From assembly GCA_023920165.1 (NCBI GenBank), contig CP089275.1, forward strand, positions 4,588,001-4,652,000: a DNA stretch of 64,000 nucleotides, read 5' to 3'. This document shows, one piece after another, positions 12,804 through 26,265 of the stretch (positions within the stretch are counted from its first letter, which is position 1; each line of letters starts with the position of its first letter). The notes under the pieces were generated by a model. The model did not search any database and had not been told where the DNA came from. It worked only from the letters and a program-made list of their open reading frames with translations. The position numbers and the translations under genes were made by a program. The DNA is from Curvularia clavata. Lineage: Eukaryota.

Positions 12804-14411
12804 CTAGCTGGTATCCATCTCATCGCCCCCCTTCTTCTCCTTCTCAACCGTCTTCTTGACACCGTCCAGGAATGCCTTGACGGCGTCTCCGCCACCAAGA
12901 GGCATGGCTCCGCCCCTCATGTAGCCGCCGTTTTCGACATCGATGTTGAGGGCCTGGCTAACTGTCGGTAAAGCGCCGGTCTTCAGAGCCTCGGTTAGAC
13001 TGCCTAGAGCGGCTCGTAGCTGCGGCGCCCGCAGGATCCGGCTGAGTACATCGATCTTCTCCTCTCGGCTCAGCGTCTGAATGGCCATCTGGGCAGTCTC
13101 GGAATTCGGGTCGATCTGGTCTACGTCTTCGACTTCGGCTTCTAGTAGGAAAGGCGTTGTAGGCAGTTGGGCGCACAGAGCATCGATGATGTCATCGGAT
13201 GCGTTTTGAACAGCGGGGACAGTATGTGAAGGCCAGAGGAGGTCGAGGAGGGTAGTAAAGGGAGCACCCGAGCCTCGCTGCTGCGAACTGCCACCCATGT
13301 TGCTGCCTTTAAGCGAGTCCATGAAGTTTGAAACAATCGCGGAGACATCGCCTGATGCGGCTCTGGCGGGAACGTTAGCACTACGCTCAGGATGCTGAAG
13401 CTTGATAGAACGAGAGTGCGGGCGTCGCGGCGTGGCCAGTGGAAGACGTAGCATGATGCTTATTTTTCTATTGTTGTACATGAGCAGCCAGTGCCAATAT
13501 ACATGATCTTGGTTGGGCTTATGCTTCTTCCCAAACGCCGTACCATGACAGGATATCTTTTGAAGTTTTTTCTTCTTCTTCCTAAATGGAGCCCGGTATA
13601 GTCTTCCACAGCAGTTTCAGTATGTTCAAAGATTCCACTACGCCACGACGCCGCATTCGATTACAAGTAGACAGGACCTACGCTCTACCACCATCAGCAC
13701 CCCCTTCACGGGACTCTTCGCCTTCTTCTCGGATATCACCGCCAGTAGCATCAGCCCCAGCGCCCCCGGTGCTACCGTGGCGGTTTCGGCTAGATGAATG
13801 GTCTACGTCTTCCATTGTCTCATCTTCGTCATTGCCGCCATGTGAATCAGAGAGACCTGCAAGCTCAGCCTGCACATCAAGCTCCTCACCAGTCAGCAGT
13901 AGATCGACGATCTGACCAATCTTTTGATCGCGCTCGCTGAACCAGGCTGCGCCACGTGGGTGCTCTGACTTGGATTGTAACCAGAAGAGGTAGCGCTGTG
14001 AACTGGAAGAAAACTTGAGGACGTAAATGCGGCCATCGGTGGGTGATCTGAGGTTCTCAGAGTCATCAACGGACTCCTTGCCTGTGTATGGGAGGAATGA
14101 GCCATCGCCGGGGATCATGATGAGGTCAAGCTCGGACTGGTCGAGAGGCCTGTCGCGGGGTCGCCAGCAGAAGTGTACGAATTCTGATACCTGTCAGTTG
14201 AGGCATGCGGCAGCGCAGCTATAAACAAACCATCTTCTCCCTGGTACAGGTAGACGTAACCAGGTGTCGGTATTGGCTTAACCGTCTGCTGGTTGCCATC
14301 TCGGCGCTGAGTGTGCGATTAGCAGTGGTAAGGCAATCCGCAAATGTGTCCAGAATTTACCGTAAGCTCGCACTGGCCCGCCTTGAACGTGATCAGTGGC
14401 TGAATCGACAT
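12804..14411 (-). CDS. RPN13: Proteasome ubiquitin receptor Rpn13/ADRM1 (Pru domain plus C-terminal UCH37-binding region)
   Basis: Exons 14411-14361, 14306-14231, 14183-13682, 13362-12804: MSIQPLITFKAG..., FVHFCWRPR, GRIYVLKFSSSSQRYLFWLQ, C-terminal ...AFLDGVKKTVE. Confidence 0.92.
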
Positions 14412-14631
14412 GTTTGTGTGTTGCAGGTGATGTTGGGGACAATGATGTTCGAGCTTCCTGGGCCTCGTCGGTGGAGCTGGCGGCGACGCGGCGGGAAACT
14501 CCGAGCGCCCCGGAACAATGCTCGGCCCGGTCACGCGTATCGATTGGACAGCTTGGCACACACTGGAATTCACGAAAATCGACTCCATCGCCAACACCAC
14601 CGACCAGCACTAACGACCACAGCGAAACGAA

Positions 14632-15456
14632 ATGGCGGCCACACAAGAGGACACGAAGCCCACCACCCAGAAGTTCTCCAAGGGGGAGAGGTCGATACCG
14701 CACCACAGCCAGAAGGCCAGCAAGTACTACCCTGCTGAGGACGTCGCTGTCCCCAAGAAGGTACGTTCGCGATAGAGATGGGAGCTTCAAAAGAAAGAGA
14801 AGGATTGCACGGGTGCTGGGAACGACTCAATGTGCCAGCATGCCGCGGGTGCGCCATTGTGGAACTGGGGAGAATAGAGCATCTTCTCGAGCTCCGCTAA
14901 CTGCGACCAAAGGTCCGCAAGACTGTCCGCCCTGCGAAGGTTCGCCAGTCCCTTCAGCCCGGTACCGTCGTCATCCTCCTTGCTGGTCGCTTCCGCGGCA
15001 AGCGCGTCGTTGTCCTCAAGCACCTTGCCCAGGGTGTTCTCCTTGTTACCGGTCCCTTCAAAGTCAACGGTGTTCCCCTCCGCCGAGTAAACGCCCGATA
15101 TGTCATCGCTACCTCCACCAAGGTCGACCTTGCGGGCGTAGACGAGAAGGTTATTGAGAAGGCTAGCCAAGACGGCTACTTCACCAAGGACAAGGCCCCC
15201 CACAAGCCTGGCGAGGACGCTTTCTTTAAGCAGGGCGAGAAGCCCGAGGTGCGTAACCAGCGACCAGAGCACCCCTGTGCGGCGATGCTAACAATTTCAA
15301 CAGAAGAAGGAGACTTCCAAGGACCGCGTCGAGGACCAGAAGGCCGTCGACAAGGCCCTTCTGGCCACCATCAAGAAGGAGCCCCACCTCGTGGACTACC
15401 TCGGTGCCAGCTTCAGCCTCCGCAGCTCAGACAGGCCTCACCAGATGGTCTTCTAA
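14632..15456 (+). CDS. RPL6: 60S ribosomal protein eL6
   Basis: Exons 14632-14760, 14913-15248, 15304-15456; [50 protein letters not shown]. Confidence 0.97.
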
Positions 15457-15910
15457 GCGACGGATAACGATCGGGCATTCGGCGTTCAGTGCATGGGATG
15501 AAAGATGACTTCGGCATACTGCAGCCGTACTAGCGAGGATCAAGAACCGCAGCGGCAGGGCAGCCAATTTTTTTCATGGAGGATACCGCCAAGGCATTTA
15601 CCATAAGACTTTATAACGAGCAAGCGAATCTGAGACGGTCCAGAAGTGAACATTTGGTCTCCGCTTGCGTGATGTCATAGTTGGGCGTTCATTTGGCGCG
15701 GTACATACTGGGCGGTAATCGAGTACTGATGCATGGAATAGAGTTACAGACACATTGACATTGTTCGACCGAATATTGCGCCGGCTGTTACGCGAAACCC
15801 TACCAATTATGACGTACAGGTATTAGGAACGAGCACAACCGAAACTACACCCATGACCGCGCCAAACTCCATTGCCCCAGCCCGTGTCCCATCTTGTGTT
15901 GATGTGCAAT

Positions 15911-17011
15911 TTACCTCTTTCCTTTCCCTCTTTTGGATCTTCCCAGTCTCCCCGCAAGCCCATTTGCCGCACTACTTGCCTCATCAATGGCCTTTCCTGC
16001 CTTTGCTTCTACATTGTGCTTCTCCATCTCCGCTTTAAGATCCTCCACAACATCCTTACCTAAGGTGGTTCCGTGACACCAGTCTAAAACGCCCAAGCAT
16101 CCATAGTTTCCCTCTCCCTCACTCATCATATGCGCATCGGCACGACGTGCCATGCCCCTTAACATGATGGTTGATGGCAGGACATTGTAGCCAGAATACA
16201 CGAACGTTTCTTCAAGACTGAATAGTCCAACCATGATAAGGTAGGTGAGGATGTGCATCCGCAAAGCGATTGCTGGCAAATACAAAGGAAGAAAGCGGTG
16301 CAAGAGATGGCAGATAGGGTGGTCGTAGTTTGCCACAAAAGAGTAGGGGATTCGGATACTGTGGTGCCAGCTCTGATGCAGGTCTGACAGCGCTCCGCCA
16401 GTAGGTGAATGTAGGAGATGAGTGTGGATGTAATATTGGAGCGCCTGGGTTGGCTATTAGCATGGGCTTGTTTGCGGAATAAGAAACAGCCAACTTACGT
16501 TTCGCAACACGAAGCCGATAGCACCATGCTTGACCATTGTCCATGGATTCGGTAAGTGATTGAGCCCCCATCTACTGCCTTTGATAAGCAGTAAGCTTCT
16601 CATTTGCAGCACATCCGTAACCAGAAACTCAATGCCCGCTTGCAGCGCTACCGTAAGCAGTACATTGGCGCAACTCCATGCTACCACCCTTCTCACTGCT
16701 CGCGCGCCTCCTTTCTGGTTACTCGGAATGCCCAGTCTCCCTTGGCTCTTGAACTCGACCGCGAGACTGGGTACGCCAATATCGAAGAGAAGGAAAATCA
16801 GACTGGGTATGATGTATAACGATAGCCGTAGGACTAGGGGAGCGATAAATTCCAACTGGAGAGGAGAATACGACGCCGCGATTGTTGTCCACGCAACTGA
16901 TAGGAATATGATGTTTAGGCTGGTGGACCATGAGCTGAACATTGGGATGGCTAGGAAGGAGCCTAGTGGTAGGGCGATGGGTGCGAGGATGGATGATAGG
17001 AATGCTCCCAT
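15911..17011 (-). CDS. Sterol desaturase / fatty acid hydroxylase superfamily membrane protein
   Basis: Intron 16445-16498; hydrophobic N-terminal half, then YYIHTHLLH, LHQSWHH and ANYDHP motifs. Confidence 0.8.
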
Positions 17012-18225
17012 TTTGAAAAGCGAATACAATTTTTTTTAATAATGATGCGATACTAGGGTGCCGATTCCATATGGAAGATTAATGTATATCGTCACATGAG
17101 GGGAGTGGGGAATGCCCATCGTTGCGCGATTACGAGTTGGTGTTGCAATTTCCATGTGTGAACGATGACGTAGGCCGGCTGTTGAACTTGGTTCTTGCCT
17201 CAGGCGACGGGTTGGTGGGACAAGCGAGCGCGAAACACACATGTCTTTGTCTTCGATGCCTACTCATACCTCTGTATTGCTTTTTCTGTCTACAAGCTTG
17301 TCATACAAGTTGGGCGCTGCTGCGTGGATTCTTAAAACCTAGAAACCGATGTTTGTGTAGATGGCGACATGTCACTGCCCTGTCCCAGAAGATATTATGG
17401 CTCAAGACAGTTTGAAACCAGTTAATAAGCAGATCAACTCAAGAATATCTTGGAAGATCACTTTAATATAAAGACTGCGTTTGCCGCAACTCATGTTCTT
17501 CACGGACGTCGAGGCCAGGGTAAACCTCGAAGCATTCAGTGGGCCAATCTGCTGGTACTTTGTTCGGAAACGCTAAAAACCTCTGCTGCGACCTCAATAG
17601 AACCATATTTCTTAGTAGCAGCCTCATTCCTAGGGATCGTCTCCACGAGGCTAGTATGCAAAAGCCAAAATCAATGCTTGATCTTCTTTCAACCCCAGTC
17701 TAGGTGTTTTCTTCTTGTACAGCCGATCTTAGCCAAAGTTGCTGCCACAACTCGAGGGAAATTCAGAAATCCTGTTTGAGCATGACTGAGCATATTATTC
17801 TCAAGAATAGGACCCTGAGTTTAGACTAATCAAAAGAGACAAGCGAAAGGGTTTCTACAGTTCGATATTGGAGACAGTCTATGGTCGTTTGACTACGGCT
17901 CTACTTCTGCTCCACGGGCGAAGTCGGTGTGGGTCTTCTCCACATACAGAGATATGAATCGGTAACTTTGCACGCCCTTTGAACGACATACGCCCTAGCA
18001 GCGATAGAAAGTAATAATCAATGAAGTATACTAATCCTTTCCCGTATCTCAGCCGCTACAATGCCCCTTTCTCATGGAGCCCATGAATGACGTGACGCGT
18101 GCAGGGGGCGGGGAGTGGGGGGCGGGGCATTGCCGCTGTGTATTTATCATCACGAATATCCCTCCATTATAATCATAAAGAAGCTTCGGCCAAAGTACCG
18201 AGCTGATCAATTGCGACTTCCCTAC

Positions 18226-19456
18226 ATGACTTTCGCCCCGCAAGCTATTCGATCTGTCCAATTGCTCTCCAGATCACCTGCATCAACTCGAATTTCAGCC
18301 ATCAGCGCGCACCTAAGCCCCAGAGCAACCAATACAAGAGCCATGTCTTCCCTACCCAAGACCATGAAAGCCGTCTATATCGAGAAGACAGGCGGGACCG
18401 AGGTTCTGACATACAATGATGTACCAGTCCCTGAACCTAAAGAAGGCGAGGTTCTAGTCAAGAACGAATTCATCGGTATCAACTACATTGACACGTGAGC
18501 TCAACCTTCTATCCCACATATCTTTGACAACATCTCGTAACCTCACGTCCAGATACTTCCGCTCCGGAGTCTACAAGCCCCCACATTTCCCCTATGTTCT
18601 CGGCCGCGAAGGCGCTGGAACCATCGCTGCCACCGGCCCCAATGCACCCGCCGACCTGAAAACCGGTACTCGAGTTGCATACATGGGCCAATCTGCATAT
18701 GCGGAATACGTTGCTGCGCCAGTCAACTATACTGTCCCTCTGCCAGACTCCATTTCTACAAAGACGGCCGCTGCGTCGCTTCTACAGGCCCTGACTGCCG
18801 TGACGCTCATCCGTGACGCATATCCTGTGCAAAAGGGCGACTGGATCCTTGTTACTGCTGCCGCAGGTGGTGTTGGACTCTGGCTGTGTCAGTTGCTGAA
18901 AGCTGTTGGCGCGAGGGTCATTGCGACAGCTAGTACAGAGGAGAAGAGGAGTTTGGCGAAACAGAACGGTGCTGAGGTTTTGCTGGAGTACCACGAGGAA
19001 GACCGAGATGTCTTTGTTAAGAAGGTTCTGGAGATCACTGGAGGCGAGGGTGTACACGCAGTCTTTGATTCGGTCGGCAAGTCTACCTTCGATAGCTCGC
19101 TCGCTGTCGTGAGGAGGAAGGGTACCATGTGTTCGTTTGGCAATGCCTCTGGTCCTGTCGAGGGATTTGCCCTTGCGTAAGTTCTCTGTTACATGCATCT
19201 CTTCGTTGAAAAGTGCCGCTAACACATTTGTAGTCGCCTGTCAGCGAAGAACGTAAAGCTTGTCCGGCCGACACTCTTCAACTACCTCGCTACGCGGGAA
19301 GAGGTTCTCGCTGCGTCCAATGAGCTGTGGAAGTTCATTGAGAAGGACGGGTTGAATGTTCGGATCCACGATGTGTATCCCTTGAAAGATATCGTGAAGG
19401 CAACGCAAGATATTGAGGGCAGGAAGACTACTGGAAAGTTGGTTCTGACACCGTAG
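18226..19456 (+). CDS. NADPH:quinone oxidoreductase (zeta-crystallin/Zta1-like MDR)
   Basis: Introns 18495-18552 and 19177-19233; GINYIDTYFRSG, LGREGAG, AAAGGVG, VFDSVGKSTF, GRKTTGKLVL. Alternative in-frame ATG at 18343. Confidence 0.93.
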
Positions 19457-19560
19457 ATGAGCAGATTCATGAAAATAAAATACCGGCTTAACTACATGAA
19501 ATGTATTGATAGTCAAAACGTACTTTATATGGGCGGCCCTTGATAAGATCCTTCAACTAT

Positions 19561-21721
19561 CTAGGACACTCCCAATCCCACAGGTGCTTGCGCGTCGTCG
19601 CCGTCGGGATCATCAATCCCCCTACCCACCAGCTCCGTGAAATCTAGTCCAACACCCCTGAGCATCTCTGCATGTTCGTGCGCTAACCCAAGACATTCAT
19701 TCCAAACATTTCCACCCTCTTCTACACTGCTCAACTGCCTCTTCAGCAATATATTGAACTGGTCAATATGTTCTTTTGCCCATTTGACACAGGCAGACAT
19801 GAGCTGTTGCGGGAAGCATCTCTGGAACATATCGACAGTGTTTTTGATGATAGTAAAGTAGATGTACGAGATCTGGAAGATGTAGTCAGGAAGATTACCT
19901 TCAAAGACGCATTGCCTGAAAGATGTTAGCCCAATATTCACGTAAGGTTGAGAAGAATAAGAAAGTGACGAACCGTGAGCGGGTCTTGATGAGGTTGCCG
20001 CGAGCCTCGAGATAGTCTTCTCGCGCTCGGTCCTCGAAGCCGAGCTGGACTACCCACCCGACGTGCTGCCTGACCGAGGAAAACCAGTTGTTGTGCTCAA
20101 CCATATGTTTTACTAGCACATTCGCTAACTTGGCGGCGCGCTCGTTGACCTTGTACGTTACAATAGTTTTTGCCATCTCATTGCCTCGTATGTTCTTTGC
20201 AAGTACTTTAAGTCGATCAACCTTCATAACCGCCTCCTCAAAATGCTGAAGCGCGATCTCGATGTCTAAATCGTCCAGTTGGCTTTCGACCCAACGCACG
20301 TTGCGTGTCTGGCCATCGGCGTCCATAAAAGTGTTGGCCTGCTCGTTGTTGATCCCATCGGATAAGCTGTCCAGGAGCTCGGTCCTGTTCATAAGCGCGG
20401 GGTCGCGAGAGAGCAGATGATTGTACGAGTCCTGTGTTCGGTCCTTTTCCTGCACATCAGCTTCTTGACTCTTGCGCAAATCGTCCTTGGTCTTGCGGAA
20501 CGTAGCAACAAAGGCCGATTTGTCGCCGCCATCTTCTTTCTTTGTGTCATAGGTGAATGTTTCTGCCCCTGCGCGGATAATGATACGTTCCTCTGGCGTC
20601 CTCGTGACATGCATGTCTTGGAGCGGAAAGCATCGCTGTGCGGTGAATTCCATGTTCGCTCGGTTGCCATCACGTTGTTGACCGGGGATATCGTTGCGTG
20701 CCTTCTTTTCTGTTGCAATCAAAAGGTGATCGTTCAGCAGAAGCAGCCTAACCCTTCTCCGCGCTTTCAGAGTCGCAGAGTCCAGCTCAAACCATTTCCC
20801 CGACTTCCATACAATGTATCGCCCGGGTATAGGAGGCAGGAACTTCTGCGAGCCCTCGACATCTCTGTATAGCTGCTGTAGTTGGCCTGCTCGCAACTGG
20901 TTGAGGTCGCCAATTGAGCTTCGATTGGCTCTCCGTGAGCTTGCAGCGTCATTGTTCGCGCCAGTGGCCGACGCTGTCTGCTCGAGTGTTGTGGTGAGGT
21001 CGGACATCAACTGGCGTAGGGTTCGCATCTCGCCCTTGAGTTTCTCTGCCTCTTTGCTTATCTTGATAAACTGCGTGCGGTTCTGGTATACATTGTGTTG
21101 CAGATCGAGCGAAGTGCGGTGTTTGGTCTTGCGCAGCTCATCTTGATAACGGTTGATGTCAGCTTCGGAGGCGTCTGCAAGGATGGTGGATACGTCTGCA
21201 GTCAATCAGCACTTGGTTACACGCATGATCCTCCACCTATGTGCCTTACATTGTTCCACTTTCAAGTTGGGGTCTCTCAGCGCGCGGGGGTCGACCTGCA
21301 ACGCCCGCCCATTGGATCCATTGGGCGCATTGGACATGTCCTGCGGCCTCGGCTCTCTCGACCGACTGCGCTCTCTATTCTGCCTGTACTGAGCGGGCAT
21401 CTCAGGCATGCCAGGCATTTGCGATCTGTTCCTGAAGTCGGGCGGCGCCGTGGTAATCTTCTGGGAGTACCTCCTCTTGACCAAGTCGGCCGTCTTATCT
21501 GGTCGCTGCGGCTTGGGCTGCGTTGGGAGAGCATCTGGCCTGGTTCTTGATCTGCTGGATTCATTCGAAGGGCGTCCAGAGCCTGGCAATGAGGATGGAG
21601 GCATGCTCACGGGCATGGGCGCACTAATTTGTCGGGGCGCGCTGATGGTAGGCGGCGCGTTCTTCTTGCTCTTATCCCCCCGCTTCTTGCGGAGGGAGAT
21701 TCCCTTTTGCTTTTCCGACAT
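19561..21721 (-). CDS. EXO84: Exocyst complex component Exo84
   Basis: Introns 21196-21249 and 19916-19973; ADLVKRRYS, LQHNVYQNRTQFIKISKE, PH-like LLLLNDHLLIA, C-terminal WAKEHIDQFNILLKRQL. Confidence 0.92.
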
Positions 21722-22022
21722 GCTGTCTGCAGAAACGACGGCCCCGGGGATGTGCAGAGGCAAGCAGAGCTGGGCGGATGGGAGGAGTAGCAGTCGTGAC
21801 AGGTAAGCGGGAGTGCCTCATGCACGGTAGGGCATGGTTCCGCGGTTGAGCGGTCGAGCTCGGACCCTCCACCATGTCGGATCGTGCCTTCCCTGAACTT
21901 GGAGAAAAAGTTGACCACCACACACACACGCACTTCTGCCATCCGACCTCCATTTCCAGGCTGTACCGCCGTGCCTTGTCCGCCTCCAAGCGCTACTCAA
22001 TTCCACGTATTCGGCCGCCACC

Positions 22023-22664
22023 ATGTCCAACTCGTCGATAAAAACGTCCACCATTGTGGCCATCAGCGCCGGCACGATTGTCACAGGTCTTCTCGCATAT
22101 GCCGCCTACTTCGACTATAAGCGACGAAACGACCCCAACTTCCGCAAGCAGCTCAAGAAGGAGTCAAAGCGGACAGAGCGCCAGGCCAAGGAGGAGGCCG
22201 AGGCACAAGGCGCCGAGCAAAAGAAGGCCATCCGGGAGGCGGTTGAGCGCGCAAACGACGAGGGCTTCCCCAAGGACCCTGAAGAGGTCGAGGCATACTT
22301 CATGCAGGAGGTCGCCCAGGGCGAAGGAATGGTGCAGAAGGGTACGTTGTTGTCACATTGGCTGGCTGTCTTGGCAGAATGTGGTGCTAATTGTCTGCCA
22401 CAGGTGCGGATAACGTGGAGGCAGCGCTGTGCTTCTACCGCGCATTGAAAGTCTACCCCAACCCCAGGGAACTTATCAACATCTACGATAAGACTGTTCC
22501 CAAGGTAAGAGCATCTCGCCACATGCCCACTGCTCAGATTTTGCTAACTTGACACACAGCCCGTTCTAGACATCCTAGCCGAGATGATCGCCGTAGACAC
22601 TTCAATCCCGGTCGGCGGCAGCAAGACACCGTCTGAGGCTGGCTCAGCAGGCGATCTCGAGTAA
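22023..22664 (+). CDS. TOM20: Mitochondrial import receptor Tom20
   Basis: N-terminal TM followed by [28 protein letters not shown]; two introns; ends GDLE*. Confidence 0.95.
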
Positions 22665-23029
22665 AGTCGTTTCGACAATAGCACTTTGATCAAATTCAGC
22701 AAGCTTTCACGGAACCCCTCTCCATCTGATCACGATTTTCATGTAAATTTCTGGTACATGTTTTGGCGCCATGTGGTCATCTCACGGTTGGCGTTCCGGT
22801 TCAGCATGATGCAGCTGGATAGCACAATTGGGTGGCATAGGCGGGCTTCGAAAATGCATGTAATCCCACAGCGCCGGGCGTCGCTCCATTGACGTCATGC
22901 CATAACACGCACGTATATGCCCTGGTATACTACAGAATACACGTTTCCGACGTCAAATGCATGCTGCCCATGTCCAAACGCCTTGCTGATAATGACTTGC
23001 GCAGACTCGCAAGAGGCCCCAAATAATTA

Positions 23030-23931
<902 letters not shown>

Positions 23932-24233
23932 AATGAGGGATGGGTGGGAGGAGCCACAGAATATGAAGAAAAAGCAAAGGACTGAGCGTATAGGCAGTAG
24001 TCAAGCCTGGGGCTTTTGTATCTTGGCGGGGTGCGGTGTCTGAATAGGAGTGCTGGTCAACTGGAGGCCTCGCACCCTGGGCGGCCAACACCGACTACCG
24101 AGAAGCGCAGGGGTGCTGGGTGGGCCCTGCCCAGACAGATAGTCCGTGCGTACGTTTGTCGGAATTTTGGATTGAACTTTTTGCGACTACCAACAACCCC
24201 ACGACTTGCCAGCACAACAACGTGAAAGACACA

Positions 24234-25612
24234 ATGGCAGACACGGGAGCAGCGCCTGCGCAGTATAAGCAAGCCAGTCGCAAAGGCAAGAAGGCTTGGC
24301 GCAAAAATGTCGATGTCACCGAAATCCAATCTGGCCTCGAAGAAGTGCGCGACCAGATAATCCAAGGGTAGGTCTTGTGCTAGCCACGACTGCGAGCTTG
24401 CGCTAACGATTTTGTAGCGGTGTAATTGCAGAAAAGACTGCCGACGAACTCTTTGCCGTAGATACCCTTGGATCTGCTGAAATCAAGAAATCCATCGCGA
24501 AGCGCCACAAGCCCCTCAAGGTTGACGAAATCCTAGCCCAACGCTCTGCTGTTCCTGCCGTCTCCACCAGGAAGCGTCTTTCGGATATCGCAGACAATGG
24601 CAAGAGAAAGAAGGCTAAAGTTTCCAGCAAGGAATACGACAGGTTAAGAGCCATTGCCTACGGCGGCGAGCAGGTCAAGAAGGATGTAGTGCAGGCCGGT
24701 GAGGCCATGTATGACCCATGGGCAGTACAAGAGGTCAAGAAAGATCCCAAGTTTGAATACTTGGAGGAGAAGAAGCCAAAGGTCGAGCCAAAGACCCTGA
24801 AGCGCGCACCTGTCTCCCAAGCAAAGACTGGGAAAGCCATCCCATCAGTCCGCAAACCCACCGGTGGAAAGTCGTACAACCCCTTGCTTGAAGACTGGCA
24901 GAACGAACTCATGCGCGAATCTGACAAGATCGTTGAGGAAGAGAAAAAGCGTCTACAAGAGGCCCGTGAAGAGGCTGAGCGTATGGAACGCGCAGCCGCT
25001 GAGACAGAATCGGATTCTGGCGAAGAGAGTGTGTGGGAGAGCGAATGGGAGGGCTTCAGTGACAATGAGAACAAAGAAGTAAAGAAGAAGAGACCGGAGA
25101 GGAAAACCATATCGCAGAGAAACAAGATCAAGAAGAGAAAAGAAGCGGAGAGGAAGGCCAAGCACGAGGCGAAGATGAAAGCAAAAGAGCAGCAACTTCA
25201 AGAGATCAAGAGGCTAGCAAAGAGTGTCGAGGAAAAGGAGAAAGCCAGAGCTGCTGTACGCCAGGCTCTGGAGAAGCAGAACGCCGAGGCAACCGAGGAT
25301 GACGGCGAAGAGATCGAGCTTAGGAAAAGGCAATTTGGCAAGGCCCCGTAAGATTCCCTCCTCGCGACGATATTGCCCTGTTTGCTAATATTCCCTAGAA
25401 TACCTGAGGCCCCACTCGAAGTCGTGCTTCCTGACGAGCTGAGGGATTCGCTACGTCTCCTCAAGCCAGAAGGAAACTTGCTCAAGGATCGCTTCAGGAC
25501 TATGATGCTTCAAGGCAAGGTTGAAGCAAGAAGACAAATTCCGTACGCGAAGCAGAAGAAGTACACGGTATCCGAAAAGTGGAGCTACAAGGACTGGCAA
25601 CTGCCAAAATAG
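24234..25612 (+). CDS. NOP53: Ribosome biogenesis protein Nop53
   Basis: KQASRKGKKAWRKNVD, GKSYNP, LRDSLRLLKPEGNLLKDRF, EKWSYKDW; two introns. Confidence 0.94.
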
Positions 25613-26265
25613 ACGTCCTCTCCTGGACCACAGGGAGTTGGGGTTCTTCCAGGTCTCCAAATATGATCATTCTTTAATCGCAGTCATCTCTTCCATCTGA
25701 TCTGAACCATGCTGTCTGGCGCATTTCTCCATGTTACTTACAGCGACGGACCAAAAGCATACTAACATGACTATGAATGCTTCGAATTTTCAAGTGAAAA
25801 CGGAGAACTGATAGAGTTGCACGTGTTCTCCAGTATCATCTCTCGATCCTAGGGAGATTGGGAGCGATGCATTACTAGGTACGCGTGTAAGGATGGAGAG
25901 GATACCTCGGTGGATAGAGAGGAGAAGTATATGAGCTGGTCGACAAGACGTTGTTGAGAGCGTGGACAGTGATCTAGTAACCGATTTAGGAGAGAATCGC
26001 TTTCTATGGCCCCTACACGTGATGAAGCGATGCGCGACGCGTATGTCGATCAGGGAAAGAGACCCTGGAACTGTGGGGTAAAGGCTGCACGGACCTCAAA
26101 GCGTCATCGCTACTGCCGGAAGGCCGGGGTAATAGTCATCTCTGATACTTTTGGCATTCTCATACAATGCGACGATTAGACTTCAAAACTTACTGAACCT
26201 GACGCTCTTCTCAATGTGATTTTTTCACTCGCCAAGGCGCCCCTCTTTCAAGGACAAAGCCAACC

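Noticed and set aside
13363..13681. Intronic box C/D snoRNA in RPN13 intron 3
   Set aside because: No RUGAUGA box C on the transcribed strand within the stem; H/ACA architecture is not evident by eye (not excluded without an Infernal search).
16457..16468. ATTAGCATGG resembling the U6 snRNA core
   Set aside because: No upstream ACAGAGA box; it is the antisense of an intron branch region.
19454..19492. Stop-codon readthrough of the quinone oxidoreductase to ...KYRL* (cryptic PTS1)
   Set aside because: The stop context is TAG-ATG, not the TGA-CTA readthrough motif, and YRL is a poor PTS1.
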